DNA of 64,000 bases, taken from contig JAJYGN010000063.1 of NCBI GenBank assembly GCA_021790675.1, positions 3,458-67,457 of the forward strand, written 5' to 3'. The stretch is from Actinomycetes bacterium. Its GTDB lineage: Bacteria > Actinomycetota > Acidimicrobiia > Acidimicrobiales > RAAP-2. This document shows, one piece after another, positions 15,412-25,005 of the stretch. The translations under genes and the position numbers were made by a program. How positions within the stretch are numbered: the first letter of the stretch is position 1; each line of letters begins with the position of its first letter. The notes below the pieces were generated by a model, which saw only the letters and a list, made by a program, of their open reading frames with translations, ran no database searches and was not told the origin of the DNA.

Positions 15412-15674
15412 CTTGCGAGGGGCTGCGGGTGGTTCTGTGGTTGAAAGTCGAGGCCAGCCGCGGGCAAAGCGACCCACGTAAGGCGTCTTTTGGACGCTGA
15501 GCATGGCGCGGTTTAGAAGTAAGTCCTGCCGGACGGCGGTCAAAGTGGCCGCCGGACGAGCCGGTGAAGTGTGCGAACCGCCCCCGAAGAGCGCGAGCTG
15601 TCGGGGGTCGCACGGACACCGCCGCAGGCAGGTGTGGGGTCAAAGACCAGGTCAGACACGCGCAGCCCCGTAAG
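15412..15674 (+). ncRNA. raiA-motif large structured ncRNA
   Basis: Closing stem GGGGCTGCG (15419-15427)/CGCAGCCCC (15661-15669). Contains in order the blocks I recall from the raiA motif: GTGGTTGAAAGTCGA, GGCAAA, CCACGTAAG, GAGCATGG, TTAGAAGTAAGTCCTGCC, GCAGGC, GTGTGGGGTCAAAGACCAGGTCA. Confidence 0.92.
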
Positions 15675-15706
15675 AACGTCCCGGTGACCGGTAGGGTGAA
15701 TCCAAC

Positions 15707-18373
15707 ATGAGTGTATTTGGCAAGATGCTTCGGGCCGGTGAGGGCAAGCGCGTGCGCCAGCTCGCCGAGCTGGTGGGACCGATCAACGACCTCGCCGGGG
15801 AGATGGCGGGCCTGACCGACGGCGAATTGCGGGCCAAGACTGATGTCTTTCGCGAGCGCTTGGCCGAGGGCGAGACTCTCGACGACCTGCTGATCGAGGC
15901 CTTCGCCGTCGTGCGTGAGGCCGCCACGCGCGTGCTGGGTCAGCGCCACTACGACGTGCAGCTGATGGGCGGCATGGCCCTGCACTTCGGATGGATCGCC
16001 GAAATGAAGACTGGTGAGGGCAAGACCCTGGTCTCGACCCTGCCCGTCTACTTGAACGCCCTGGCGGGCAAGGGCGTGCACGTCGTGACCGTGAACGATT
16101 ACCTGGCCACGCGCGACGCCGACTGGATGGGCCAGGTTCACCGCTTCCTCGGACTGACCGTGGGCCGCGTCGGGCCGGACCGGCCGGACTTCGATGACAA
16201 GCGCGAGGCCTATCACAGCGACATCACCTATGGCACGAACACCGAGTTCGGCTTCGACTACTTGCGCGACAACATGGCCCGGCGCGCCGAGCACATGGTC
16301 CAACGTGGGCACAACTACGCCATCGTCGACGAAGTCGACTCGATTCTCATCGACGAGGCGCGCACCCCGCTGATCATCTCGGGCCCCGCTTCGGACGTGA
16401 CCAAGCTCTACTACCAGTTCGCCTCTATCGTGCGCACCCTCGTGCGCGACGTCGACTACGAGGTCGACGAGGAGAAGAAGACCGTCATGCCCACCGAGGA
16501 GGGCATCGCCAAGGTCGAGAAGCAGCTCGGCGTGACCAACCTCTACGACGAGGTGGCAACCAACTACGTTCACCAGCTGGGCCAGGCGCTGCGCGCCAAG
16601 GAGCTCTTCCACCGTGACAAGGACTATCTGGTCGACGGGGGAGAGGTGAAGATCGTCGACGAGTTCACGGGGCGCACGCTGGATGGGCGACGCTGGTCCG
16701 ACGGCCTGCACCAGGCCGTCGAGGCCAAGGAACGGGTCCGCATCCAAGAGGAGAACCACACCTGGGCGACGGTCACCTTGCAGAACTACTTCCGTCTCTA
16801 CGAGAAGCTCGCGGGTATGACCGGCACCGCCGAGACCGAGGCTGCGGAGTTTTCTTCGACGTACAACCTCGCGGTGGTCCCGATCCCGACCAACCGGCCT
16901 TCGATCCGCGTCGACCAGCCCGACCTCATCTTCAAGACCGAGGAGGCCAAGTTCGAGGCCATCGTCGAAGAGGTCCGCGAGCGCAGCGATCGCGGTCAGC
17001 CGATTCTGCTGGGCACCGCGTCAGTGGAGAAGTCCGAGCTGCTCTCGCGCGCCCTCTCTAAGGCCGGCGTGGTCCACGAGGTCCTCAACGCCAAGCAGCA
17101 CTTCCGCGAAGCCGAGATCGTTGCTCAGGCCGGTCGCAAGCACGCGGTGACCGTGGCCACCAACATGGCCGGGCGAGGCGTCGACGTCATCCTGGGCGGC
17201 AACGCCGAAGGCCTGGCGCGACGCGACACCCTGGCCAAGGGCCTGGTGCCCGGCACCGAGGAGTTCGACGCCGCCTACGGGGCGTCGCTCGCCACCTTCA
17301 AGGTCCAGTGCGAGCAGGAAGGTGACGAGGTCCGCGCCCTCGGGGGACTCTTCGTGCTCGGCACCGAGCGCCACGAATCGCGGCGCATCGACAACCAGCT
17401 GCGCGGACGCTCGGGCCGTCAGGGCGACCCCGGCGAGAGCCGCTTCTACCTCTCGCTCGAGGACGAGCTGTTGCGCCTCTTCGCCACCGGCGCCGTCTCG
17501 TGGGTGATGGAGCGGGCCCTGCCCGAGGGTGAGGCCATCGAGGCCAAGATGGTCACCAAGGCCATCGAGCGCGCCCAGAACACCGTCGAGGGCCGCAACG
17601 CCGAGATTCGCAAAGACGTCTTGAAGTACGACGAGGTGATGAACGAGCAGCGCAAGGTGATCTACGCGCGTCGCCAGCAGGTGATCGCCGGCGAGGACAT
17701 TCATGACGCGACCATCGCGATGATCGAAGAGCAGGTGACCCGAGCGGTCACCGAGCGCCTCGACAGCGAGTACGCCGAGGAGTGGGATCTGCCCGCCCTC
17801 CTGGTGGACCTGCAGACCTACTATCCGACGCGTCTCGACGTGGCGACCCTAGAGACCTACGACGACCGCGATGACGTGGTCGCCCTGGTCGTGGATGAGG
17901 CCGTGAACCTCTACACGCAGAAGTGCGAGGCCTTCGCGGGGGGGCTGGAGATGGCCAAAGAGATCGAGCGCGACGTCATGCTCCAGATCCTGGACCAGCG
18001 CTGGCGCGACCACCTCTCGGACATGGACTACTTGCGCGACGGCATCCACCTGCGCCAGGTGGCCCAGCAGGACCCACTGACCGCGTGGCAGAAGGAGGGG
18101 TACTTGATGTTCGAGCACCTCCTTGCGGCCGTTGATAGCGACTTCGTGCGCTACATCACCCACGTCGAGGCGGTGGTCGAAGAGGAGGCCACTGTCGACG
18201 CGGGTCTCGAGCGCGCGATCACCAACGCGGTCGAGATTGCCCCGGGTGCCGTGGACCTGCCCGGTCACGGAGCCGCGGCACCGGTCAAGCGCGAAGGCGA
18301 GAAGATCGGTCGCAACGAGCCGTGCTGGTGCGGCTCGGGACGCAAGTTCAAGCAGTGCCATGGCCGACCCTAA
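15707..18373 (+). CDS. secA: Preprotein translocase ATPase SecA
   Basis: MKTGEGKT, DEVDSILIDEARTPLIISG, TNMAGRG, GRSGRQGDPG, C-terminal SEC-C motif GRNEPCWCGSGRKFKQCHG. Confidence 0.98.
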   Translation: MSVFGKMLRAGEGKRVRQLAELVGPINDLAGEMAGLTDGELRAKTDVFRERLAEGETLDDLLIEAFAVVREAATRVLGQRHYDVQLMGGMALHFGWIAEMKTGEGKTLVSTLPVYLNALAGKGVHVVTVNDYLATRDADWMGQVHRFLGLTVGRVGPDRPDFDDKREAYHSDITYGTNTEFGFDYLRDNMARRAEHMVQRGHNYAIVDEVDSILIDEARTPLIISGPASDVTKLYYQFASIVRTLVRDVDYEVDEEKKTVMPTEEGIAKVEKQLGVTNLYDEVATNYVHQLGQALRAKELFHRDKDYLVDGGEVKIVDEFTGRTLDGRRWSDGLHQAVEAKERVRIQEENHTWATVTLQNYFRLYEKLAGMTGTAETEAAEFSSTYNLAVVPIPTNRPSIRVDQPDLIFKTEEAKFEAIVEEVRERSDRGQPILLGTASVEKSELLSRALSKAGVVHEVLNAKQHFREAEIVAQAGRKHAVTVATNMAGRGVDVILGGNAEGLARRDTLAKGLVPGTEEFDAAYGASLATFKVQCEQEGDEVRALGGLFVLGTERHESRRIDNQLRGRSGRQGDPGESRFYLSLEDELLRLFATGAVSWVMERALPEGEAIEAKMVTKAIERAQNTVEGRNAEIRKDVLKYDEVMNEQRKVIYARRQQVIAGEDIHDATIAMIEEQVTRAVTERLDSEYAEEWDLPALLVDLQTYYPTRLDVATLETYDDRDDVVALVVDEAVNLYTQKCEAFAGGLEMAKEIERDVMLQILDQRWRDHLSDMDYLRDGIHLRQVAQQDPLTAWQKEGYLMFEHLLAAVDSDFVRYITHVEAVVEEEATVDAGLERAITNAVEIAPGAVDLPGHGAAAPVKREGEKIGRNEPCWCGSGRKFKQCHGRP

Positions 18374-19517
18374 GGCGGAGAACGCCCTACGCGACGCCCA
18401 GGCCAGCCTCGACCAGCTCGAGGAGCGCTGGCGCGCAGCGAGCGACTACTTGAAGATCGAGGCGAACCGGGCTCGCCACCGCGAACTCGCGGTGGCTGTC
18501 GAGGCGCCGAACCTCTGGGACGACCAGGACCACGCGCGCGAGGTCACGACCGAGTTCGGCCGGCTCAGCGCTGATCTCGAGTCCTTCGACCGACTCGGTA
18601 GCGCCCTTGAGGACTGCCGGGTACTGGTGGACTTCTCGCGCGACGCGATTGCCGAGGGCGAGGCCGACTGGTCGTTGCTCAACGAACTCGAGGGCGGCGT
18701 CACCTCCCTCGAGGCCGCGCTGACGGCCCTGGAGGTCCAGAGCCTCTTCTCGGGCCCCTACGACGAGAACGACGCGATCGCCGACCTGCACGCCGGCGCC
18801 GGCGGCACCGACGCCCAGGACTGGACTGAGATGCTGCTGCGCATGTACGTGCGCTGGGCGGAGCGGCGCGGATTCGGCGTTGAGATTGATGAGGTCACCG
18901 AAGGCCAAGAGGCCGGGCTGCTGTCGGCGACGTTCATCGTCAAGGGTCGCTTCGCCTACGGCTGGCTCTCGGCCGAGCGCGGCGTGCACCGGCTGGTGCG
19001 CATCAGCCCCTTCGACTCCCAGGCCCGCCGTCAGACCAGCTTCGCGAGCCTCGATGTCACGCCGCTGCTCGCCGACAACGCCGCCGAGGTCGAGATCGAC
19101 GAGAAGGACCTGCGCGTGGACACCTACCGCTCTTCGGGCGCGGGCGGCCAGCACGTCAACAAGACCGACTCGGCGATTCGCATCACCCATCTGCCAACGG
19201 GCATCGTGGTGAGCTGTCAGAACGAGCGCAGCCAGCACCAGAACCGCGCGCGCGCCCTCCAGATCCTCGAGGCCAAGCTGGCCGAGCGCGCCCGCGCCGA
19301 GCGTCAGGCCGAGATGGACGCCCTCTCGGGCGAGCGTGGCGACAACGCGTGGGGCTCGCAGATCCGCAGCTACGTCCAAGCGCCGTATCAGTTGGTCAAG
19401 GACCATCGCACCGACCACGAGACCGGCAATGTCGACGCCGTGCTCGACGGGGACCTCGACGGGTTCATGGAGGCCGAGCTGCGCCGCCAGCGCTTCCGCG
19501 AGGGCGCGCGATCCTGA
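18360..19517 (+). CDS. prfB: Peptide chain release factor 2
   Basis: SPF peptide anticodon, GGQ, WGSQIRSYV; likely ATG 18360 overlapping secA end; single frame. Confidence 0.96.
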   Translation: MADPKAENALRDAQASLDQLEERWRAASDYLKIEANRARHRELAVAVEAPNLWDDQDHAREVTTEFGRLSADLESFDRLGSALEDCRVLVDFSRDAIAEGEADWSLLNELEGGVTSLEAALTALEVQSLFSGPYDENDAIADLHAGAGGTDAQDWTEMLLRMYVRWAERRGFGVEIDEVTEGQEAGLLSATFIVKGRFAYGWLSAERGVHRLVRISPFDSQARRQTSFASLDVTPLLADNAAEVEIDEKDLRVDTYRSSGAGGQHVNKTDSAIRITHLPTGIVVSCQNERSQHQNRARALQILEAKLAERARAERQAEMDALSGERGDNAWGSQIRSYVQAPYQLVKDHRTDHETGNVDAVLDGDLDGFMEAELRRQRFREGARS

Positions 19518-19645
19518 GAATCTCGAATTCGCATCCTCACAAGGTGCCGGTGGCACGGACGTGCTCGGGGGCGAAACTAGAATGGCGTCATTAGTGATCT
19601 CGGCGCGGTGCGCGCCCTTCGACGTCCTGCCCAGGGGGTACCCTC

Positions 19646-20347
19646 GTGATTCGATTTGAGCACGTCTCCAAGACGTACAAGAACGGCACCCCGGCACTCA
19701 AGGACATCAACCTTGACATCGAGAAGGGCGAGTTCGTCTTTCTGGTCGGCGCCTCGGGTTCGGGCAAGACGACCTTCCTGCGACTCTTGCTGCGCGAGGA
19801 GCTGCCTGACTCGGGACGCATCCTCGAAGCCGGCCGCGACATCGGCAAGCTCTCCAAGTGGCGCGTGCCCTATCTGCGGCGCAACATCGGCTGCGTCTTT
19901 CAGGACTTTCGCCTTCTGCCCAACAAGACGGTCTTCGAGAACGTCGCCTTCGCCCTCGAGGTGATCGGGCGCCCGCGCTCGACCGTCGAGTCCCAGGTCC
20001 CCCAGATCCTCGAGTTGGTCGGCCTGACCGAGAAGTCCAAGAACCTCCCCAACGAACTCTCCGGCGGCGAGCAGCAGCGCGTCGCCGTGGCGCGCGCCTT
20101 CGTCAACCGCCCCCTGATCCTGCTCGCCGACGAGCCCACGGGCAACCTGGACCCGACGAACTCCGAGTCGATCATGGCCCTGCTCGAGCGCATCAACCGC
20201 ACGGGCACCACGGTCGTGATGGCGACCCACGACAAGGCGTTGGTGGACCGCATGCGCCGGCGCGTCATCGAGCTCGACCGCGGTGAGATGGTCCGCGACC
20301 AGGTGCGCGGTGTCTACGGCATCGACGAGTCCACGGTGGTCATCTAG
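19646..20347 (+). CDS. ftsE: Cell division ATP-binding protein FtsE
   Basis: [35 protein letters not shown]. Confidence 0.95.
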   Translation: MIRFEHVSKTYKNGTPALKDINLDIEKGEFVFLVGASGSGKTTFLRLLLREELPDSGRILEAGRDIGKLSKWRVPYLRRNIGCVFQDFRLLPNKTVFENVAFALEVIGRPRSTVESQVPQILELVGLTEKSKNLPNELSGGEQQRVAVARAFVNRPLILLADEPTGNLDPTNSESIMALLERINRTGTTVVMATHDKALVDRMRRRVIELDRGEMVRDQVRGVYGIDESTVVI

Positions 20348-21201
20348 TGCGCGTCTATCTTCGCTACGCCGTCAAAGAGACGCTGTCGAACCTCTGGCGC
20401 AATCGCATGATGACGATCGCGGCGGTCTTGACGGTCGCGGTCTCGCTCTCGCTGGTGGGAGCGGCGCTGTTGCTGAAGCAGAGCGCGGCCCAGGCCTCGG
20501 CCCAGTGGCAGCAGGGGACCCGCGTGACAGTCTGGATGCAGCCCACCGCGACCGCGGGCGAGCTCTCGAGCGTTCAGAGCCAGCTGGCCAACTCGCCGAT
20601 CGTCAAGGACTGCACCTATTTCAGCCAGGCCCAGGACTACGCCGAGGCCAAGCAGCTGTTGCCCAAGTCCGAGTGGGACGTCCTCAGCGTCAAGGCGATG
20701 CCCTCGTCGTATCGCTGCGTGCCGGTCGTGCCGTCGGACGCCTTCGCCATCGAGAGCACCTTCTCGAATCAGCCCGGCGTCTACAAGGTCACTGCGCCCG
20801 AGCAGCAGATCCGCGAGATGAATCACGCGATCCGCATCCTCCAGGTCGTCTTTCTGGCCCTGGCCGGCGTCTTGTTGCTGTCGGCGACCGTGTTGATCCT
20901 CAACACCATCCGCATGGCGATTTTCGCGCGCCGCCGCGAGGTCTCGGTGATGAAGCTGGTGGGCGCGACCAACTGGTTCATTCGCGTCCCCTACATCACC
21001 GAGGGCTTCATCCAGGGCCTGCTCGGCTCGGGGGTGGCGATGCTCGCGGTGTCGGCGCTGCACATGTGGTATCCGCTGCACAACGAGTTCGCCCTTGACG
21101 CGGCCGCCCTGTGGGGAACCAACATCGTGGTCTTGATCGTGGGCGTCGTGATCGGATCGGTCGGATCGGCGATCGCGATCCGCCGCTTCCTCGACGTCTA
21201 G
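20347..21201 (+). CDS. ftsX: Cell division permease FtsX
   Basis: Four TM segments; NTIRMAIFARRREVSVMKLVGATNWFIRVP; coupled to ftsE. Confidence 0.95.
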   Translation: MRVYLRYAVKETLSNLWRNRMMTIAAVLTVAVSLSLVGAALLLKQSAAQASAQWQQGTRVTVWMQPTATAGELSSVQSQLANSPIVKDCTYFSQAQDYAEAKQLLPKSEWDVLSVKAMPSSYRCVPVVPSDAFAIESTFSNQPGVYKVTAPEQQIREMNHAIRILQVVFLALAGVLLLSATVLILNTIRMAIFARRREVSVMKLVGATNWFIRVPYITEGFIQGLLGSGVAMLAVSALHMWYPLHNEFALDAAALWGTNIVVLIVGVVIGSVGSAIAIRRFLDV

Positions 21202-21593
21202 CTCTCGCCGGCGAAGTCGATCGCCAGGGAGTTGACGCAGTAGCGCAGACCCGTGGTCGTGGGCCCGTCCTCGAAGACGTGCCCGAGGTGACCGCCGCAG
21301 CGCGAGCAGAGGATCTCGGTGCGGGTGCGCCCCAGCGAGTGATCGGGCCGCTCGACGATGGTGTCCGGCTCGCACGCGTCAAAGCTGGGCCAGCCGCAGT
21401 GCGAGTCGAACTTCTGGTTCGAGGTGAACAGGACCTGTCCGCAGCCGCCGCACGAGTAGACGCCCTCGTCGGTGACGTCGAGCAAGGATCCGGTGAAGGG
21501 GGCTTCGGTCGCCGCCTCTCGCAGCACCTGGAAGCGTTCGAGGGGCAACTGGCTGCGCCACTCGTCGTTTGACTTGGTCACGGGGAAGTCCAT
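21198..21593 (-). CDS. msrB: Peptide-methionine (R)-S-oxide reductase
   Basis: Start reassigned to ATG 21593; KFDSHCGWPSF, HLGHVFEDGP, RYCVNS. Confidence 0.95.
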   Translation of the reverse strand: MDFPVTKSNDEWRSQLPLERFQVLREAATEAPFTGSLLDVTDEGVYSCGGCGQVLFTSNQKFDSHCGWPSFDACEPDTIVERPDHSLGRTRTEILCSRCGGHLGHVFEDGPTTTGLRYCVNSLAIDFAGES

Positions 21594-21616
21594 GGCGTCA
21601 GCGTACCGGTGCCGAC

Positions 21617-23542
21617 CTAGAGATAGCGCGAGTGAGGAGCCTCGGGCAGCGGGTGGGGGAATTCTGGTTGGTCGGACAGCATCCGCGCGAAGGCACTCGC
21701 CAATCCGGCGGGGTCGAGGCCCAACTCGGCCAGCAGCTGGTCGGGCCGGTGGTGCTCGAGGTAGGCGCGCGGCACGCCGAGGATGCGCGTCGGAGGGAAG
21801 GGAAGGCCCCGCTCCTGGGCGCGGTTGCGCACCGCGGCCACCATCAGTGTGCCGGCTCCGCCGTGACGGGTGCCGTCCTCGACAGTGACGATCCGCGCGT
21901 GGTTCAACGCGTCGTCGATCATCGACGGGTCCGGAGGCAGCACGCGTACGTCGTAGAGCGTGACGTGTGACGCGTCCACACCCATCAGCGAGAGCGCCCG
22001 GTAGGCCGATGCGGTCATCTTGCCCACCGCGAGCACGCACAGCGAGCCGTCACCGCGTGCGATCTCGCGTGCCTCGAGCCCCGAGCCCACTTTTGCGTCG
22101 AGGGGCTGGGGCAGCGTCTTGGGAAAGCGCAATGCGCTCGGCGTGGACAGTGACAGCGCCGTGGCGAGCATCCCGGGGATCTCCTCGGCGCACGAGGGCG
22201 CGAAGATGGTCATGTTGGGGATCGCGAGGCACAGGGCGATGTCCAAGAGTCCGTGGTGGCTCGGGCCGTCGTCGCCGGTGATCCCGGCGCGGTCGAAGAC
22301 GAAGACGACCGGCAGGTTCAACAGGCCCACGTCCAGATGGGCCTGGTCGAAGGCGCGCGAGAAGAAGGTCGAGTAGACCGCGACCACGGGGCGAAGCCCG
22401 CCCATCGCCATGCCCGCCGCGGCCGTGACCGCGTGTTGCTCGGCGATGCCCACGTCGAAGAACCGCTGGGGGAAGAGCTCTTGGAAGCGCAGCAGGCCGG
22501 TGGGACCGGCCATCGCCGCCGTGATCGCCACGACTCGCTCGTCGAGGTCGGCCAACGCCACCAGGGCCTCGCCGAAGGCCTCGGTGAAGGACTTGGGCGG
22601 CACCTCCTCGTCGTTGAGCTTGGGCGGCAGCTTGTAGTCGTGCATACGCAGGTCGTCGCTGGTCGCGGGCTCGTAGCCGCGTCCCTTCTCGGTCAGGACG
22701 TGCACCAGGATCGGCCCGTCCCATCGCGCGGCGCTGGTCAGCGCCGTCTCCAGGGCCTCGATGTTGTGGCCGTCGATGGGTCCGACGTAGCGTACCCCGA
22801 GGTTCTCGAAGAAGGTGTGGGGGGTCACCATCTCGCGCACCACTGAGGTCATCACGTCAACGCCCATGTAGGCGGCCTTGCCCACGCGCGGCAGGTGAGG
22901 GACGAGGCGACGGATGCGATCGCGTAGCGACACGTAGGTCTTGTTGAGCCGCAGAGCAGTCAAGCTCTCGGAGAGTTTGGAGATTGTGGGCGCGTAACTG
23001 CGGCCGTTGTCGTTCAAGACGATCACGACGCGCTGGTTTGAGTGCCCGAGGTTGTTGAGAGCCTCGTAGGCCATGCCGCCGGTAAGCGAGCCGTCGCCCA
23101 CGACCGCTACTACGTGGCGAGTGCCGCCGCGTCCGATCAACTCGCGACGCTGTTCGAGGGCCACGGAGATGCCGTGGGCGTAGGAGAGCGCAGTCGAGGC
23201 GTGCGAGGACTCGATCCAGTCGTGCTCGCTCTCGGAGCGATTGGGGTATCCGCTGAGCCCTCCGCGGCGGCGCAGGTTCTTGAACCCGTAGCGTCGTCCG
23301 GTCAGCAGCTTGTGGACGTAGGCCTGATGACCGGTGTCAAAGAGCAAGATGTCGCGTGGGGAGTCAAAGACACGGTGCAGCGCGACGGTCAACTCGACCA
23401 CGCCCAGGTTCGAACCCAGGTGCCCGCCGGTCTTGGTGACGCTCTCGATGATGAAGTCGCGGATCTCGCGGCTCAGGGTGTTGAGCTGGCGATAGGACAG
23501 GCCCTTGAGGTCGGCGGGTGTGTCAATCGACTCCAGAATCAC
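21617..23542 (-). CDS. dxs: 1-deoxy-D-xylulose-5-phosphate synthase
   Basis: GGHLGSNLG, GHQAYVHK, GDGSLTGG..NDN, DVGIAEQHA, DRAG. Confidence 0.96.
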   Translation of the reverse strand: MILESIDTPADLKGLSYRQLNTLSREIRDFIIESVTKTGGHLGSNLGVVELTVALHRVFDSPRDILLFDTGHQAYVHKLLTGRRYGFKNLRRRGGLSGYPNRSESEHDWIESSHASTALSYAHGISVALEQRRELIGRGGTRHVVAVVGDGSLTGGMAYEALNNLGHSNQRVVIVLNDNGRSYAPTISKLSESLTALRLNKTYVSLRDRIRRLVPHLPRVGKAAYMGVDVMTSVVREMVTPHTFFENLGVRYVGPIDGHNIEALETALTSAARWDGPILVHVLTEKGRGYEPATSDDLRMHDYKLPPKLNDEEVPPKSFTEAFGEALVALADLDERVVAITAAMAGPTGLLRFQELFPQRFFDVGIAEQHAVTAAAGMAMGGLRPVVAVYSTFFSRAFDQAHLDVGLLNLPVVFVFDRAGITGDDGPSHHGLLDIALCLAIPNMTIFAPSCAEEIPGMLATALSLSTPSALRFPKTLPQPLDAKVGSGLEAREIARGDGSLCVLAVGKMTASAYRALSLMGVDASHVTLYDVRVLPPDPSMIDDALNHARIVTVEDGTRHGGAGTLMVAAVRNRAQERGLPFPPTRILGVPRAYLEHHRPDQLLAELGLDPAGLASAFARMLSDQPEFPHPLPEAPHSRYL

Positions 23543-23610
23543 CCCTTGATCCTACCGGTGGGTATGTAGAGAGCGATGGCCGGGACGAAAGGCCCGGTAC
23601 GCTCTCGTCC

Positions 23611-25005
23611 ATGGCGAAGCCCCTGGTTGAGACCGACGTGATCGAGCGCGTACTGGGTGCGGCGCGGGGATTCGGCGACTTCGCCGAAGTCTTCGTCGAA
23701 GATCGGGTGACCTCGTCGGCCTCCCTGGACCAGGGGCGCATCGAGGAGCTGAGCAACGGCCGCGACCGCGGCGCAGGCATCCGCGTGGTGGTGGGCGAGA
23801 CGACCGGCTTCGCCCACACGGCCGATCTGTCCGAGACGGGCTTGATGGCGGCGGCCACGGCCGCCGCGACCATCGCCCAGCGTGGCGGCGGCGGCGCGCG
23901 CCGCGTGGCGCTGGGCACCCGGGCCGATCACGCCCGTCTGGCCGAGGTTCTGCCCAGTGACGTCGACAAGGCCGCCAAGGTCGCGTGGTTGCGCGCGGCG
24001 AACGACGTGGCGCGCAGCGAGGGCGCTCAGATCACCCAGGTCCAGGTGGGACTGGGCGACTCGTCGCGTCGCTTCCTCGTGGCCAACTCCGACGGCGTCT
24101 TCGCCTCCGACCACCAGGTGCGCACGCGCTTCATGGTCTCGTGCGTCGCCCAGGGCGACACCGGGATGCAGACCGGCTACAAACCCTTCGCCACAACCCG
24201 GGGCTACGAGGCCTTGACCGATGACGTCGTGGCCGACGCCGCGCGCCAGGCCGCGCGCCAGGCGCTGACGAAGCTCCGGGCTCGTCCGGCGCCCTCGGGG
24301 GATTTACCCGTCGTTCTCGCCGGCGGATCCGGGGGGATTCTCTTTCACGAGGCCTGCGGCCACGGACTCGAGGCCGACGCGATTCTCAAGCGGGCGTCTG
24401 TCTACGCGGGCCGCGTGGGCGAGCAGGTCGCGAGCCCACTCGTCACCCTGGTCGATGACGGTACCGTCCAAGGCGAGTGGGGCTACCTCGCGATCGACGA
24501 CGAGGGCTACGCGGGAACGCGCAACGTCCTGATCGAAAACGGGGTGCTCACCGACTACATGTGGGATCTGCTGCGGGCTCGTCGCGAGGGCCGGGCGTCT
24601 TCGGGTAACGGGCGACGCCAGAGTTATCAGCATCTGCCAATGGTGCGCATGACCAACACTTACCTGATGCCCGGCGCCGACGACGCCGACGAGATCATCG
24701 CCCAGACCCCCTACGGCGTCTACGTCGCCCAGCTCGGCGGCGGCCAGGTCAACACCGCGACCGGTGACTTCGTCTTCGGCATGACTGAGGCCTATCTCAT
24801 CGAGAACGGGGAAATCACCGCTCCGCTACGCGATTGCAATCTGATCGGCAACGGTCCCGAGACCCTCGCGCGCGTCGACGCGGTCGCTGCGGACTTCTCG
24901 ATGACCCCGGGGACCTGTGGCAAGAACGGCCAGTCGGTGCCGGTGGGAACGGGTCAGGCCACAATGCGTCTTTCCAGCGTCACCATCGGGGGGACGGCGG
25001 CGTGA
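23611..25005 (+). CDS. tldD: TldD family metalloprotease
   Basis: HEACGHGLEAD, RMTNTY, GTCGKNGQ; ATG 23611. Confidence 0.92.
   Translation: MAKPLVETDVIERVLGAARGFGDFAEVFVEDRVTSSASLDQGRIEELSNGRDRGAGIRVVVGETTGFAHTADLSETGLMAAATAAATIAQRGGGGARRVALGTRADHARLAEVLPSDVDKAAKVAWLRAANDVARSEGAQITQVQVGLGDSSRRFLVANSDGVFASDHQVRTRFMVSCVAQGDTGMQTGYKPFATTRGYEALTDDVVADAARQAARQALTKLRARPAPSGDLPVVLAGGSGGILFHEACGHGLEADAILKRASVYAGRVGEQVASPLVTLVDDGTVQGEWGYLAIDDEGYAGTRNVLIENGVLTDYMWDLLRARREGRASSGNGRRQSYQHLPMVRMTNTYLMPGADDADEIIAQTPYGVYVAQLGGGQVNTATGDFVFGMTEAYLIENGEITAPLRDCNLIGNGPETLARVDAVAADFSMTPGTCGKNGQSVPVGTGQATMRLSSVTIGGTAA

Noticed and set aside
18360-18480. Programmed +1 frameshift in prfB
   Set aside because: No CTTTGA site; the frame is continuous, as is usual in Actinomycetota
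23566-23606. Inverted repeat between divergent dxs and tldD
   Set aside because: Overlaps promoter elements and lies upstream of probable leaderless starts; may be an operator, but there is no further support
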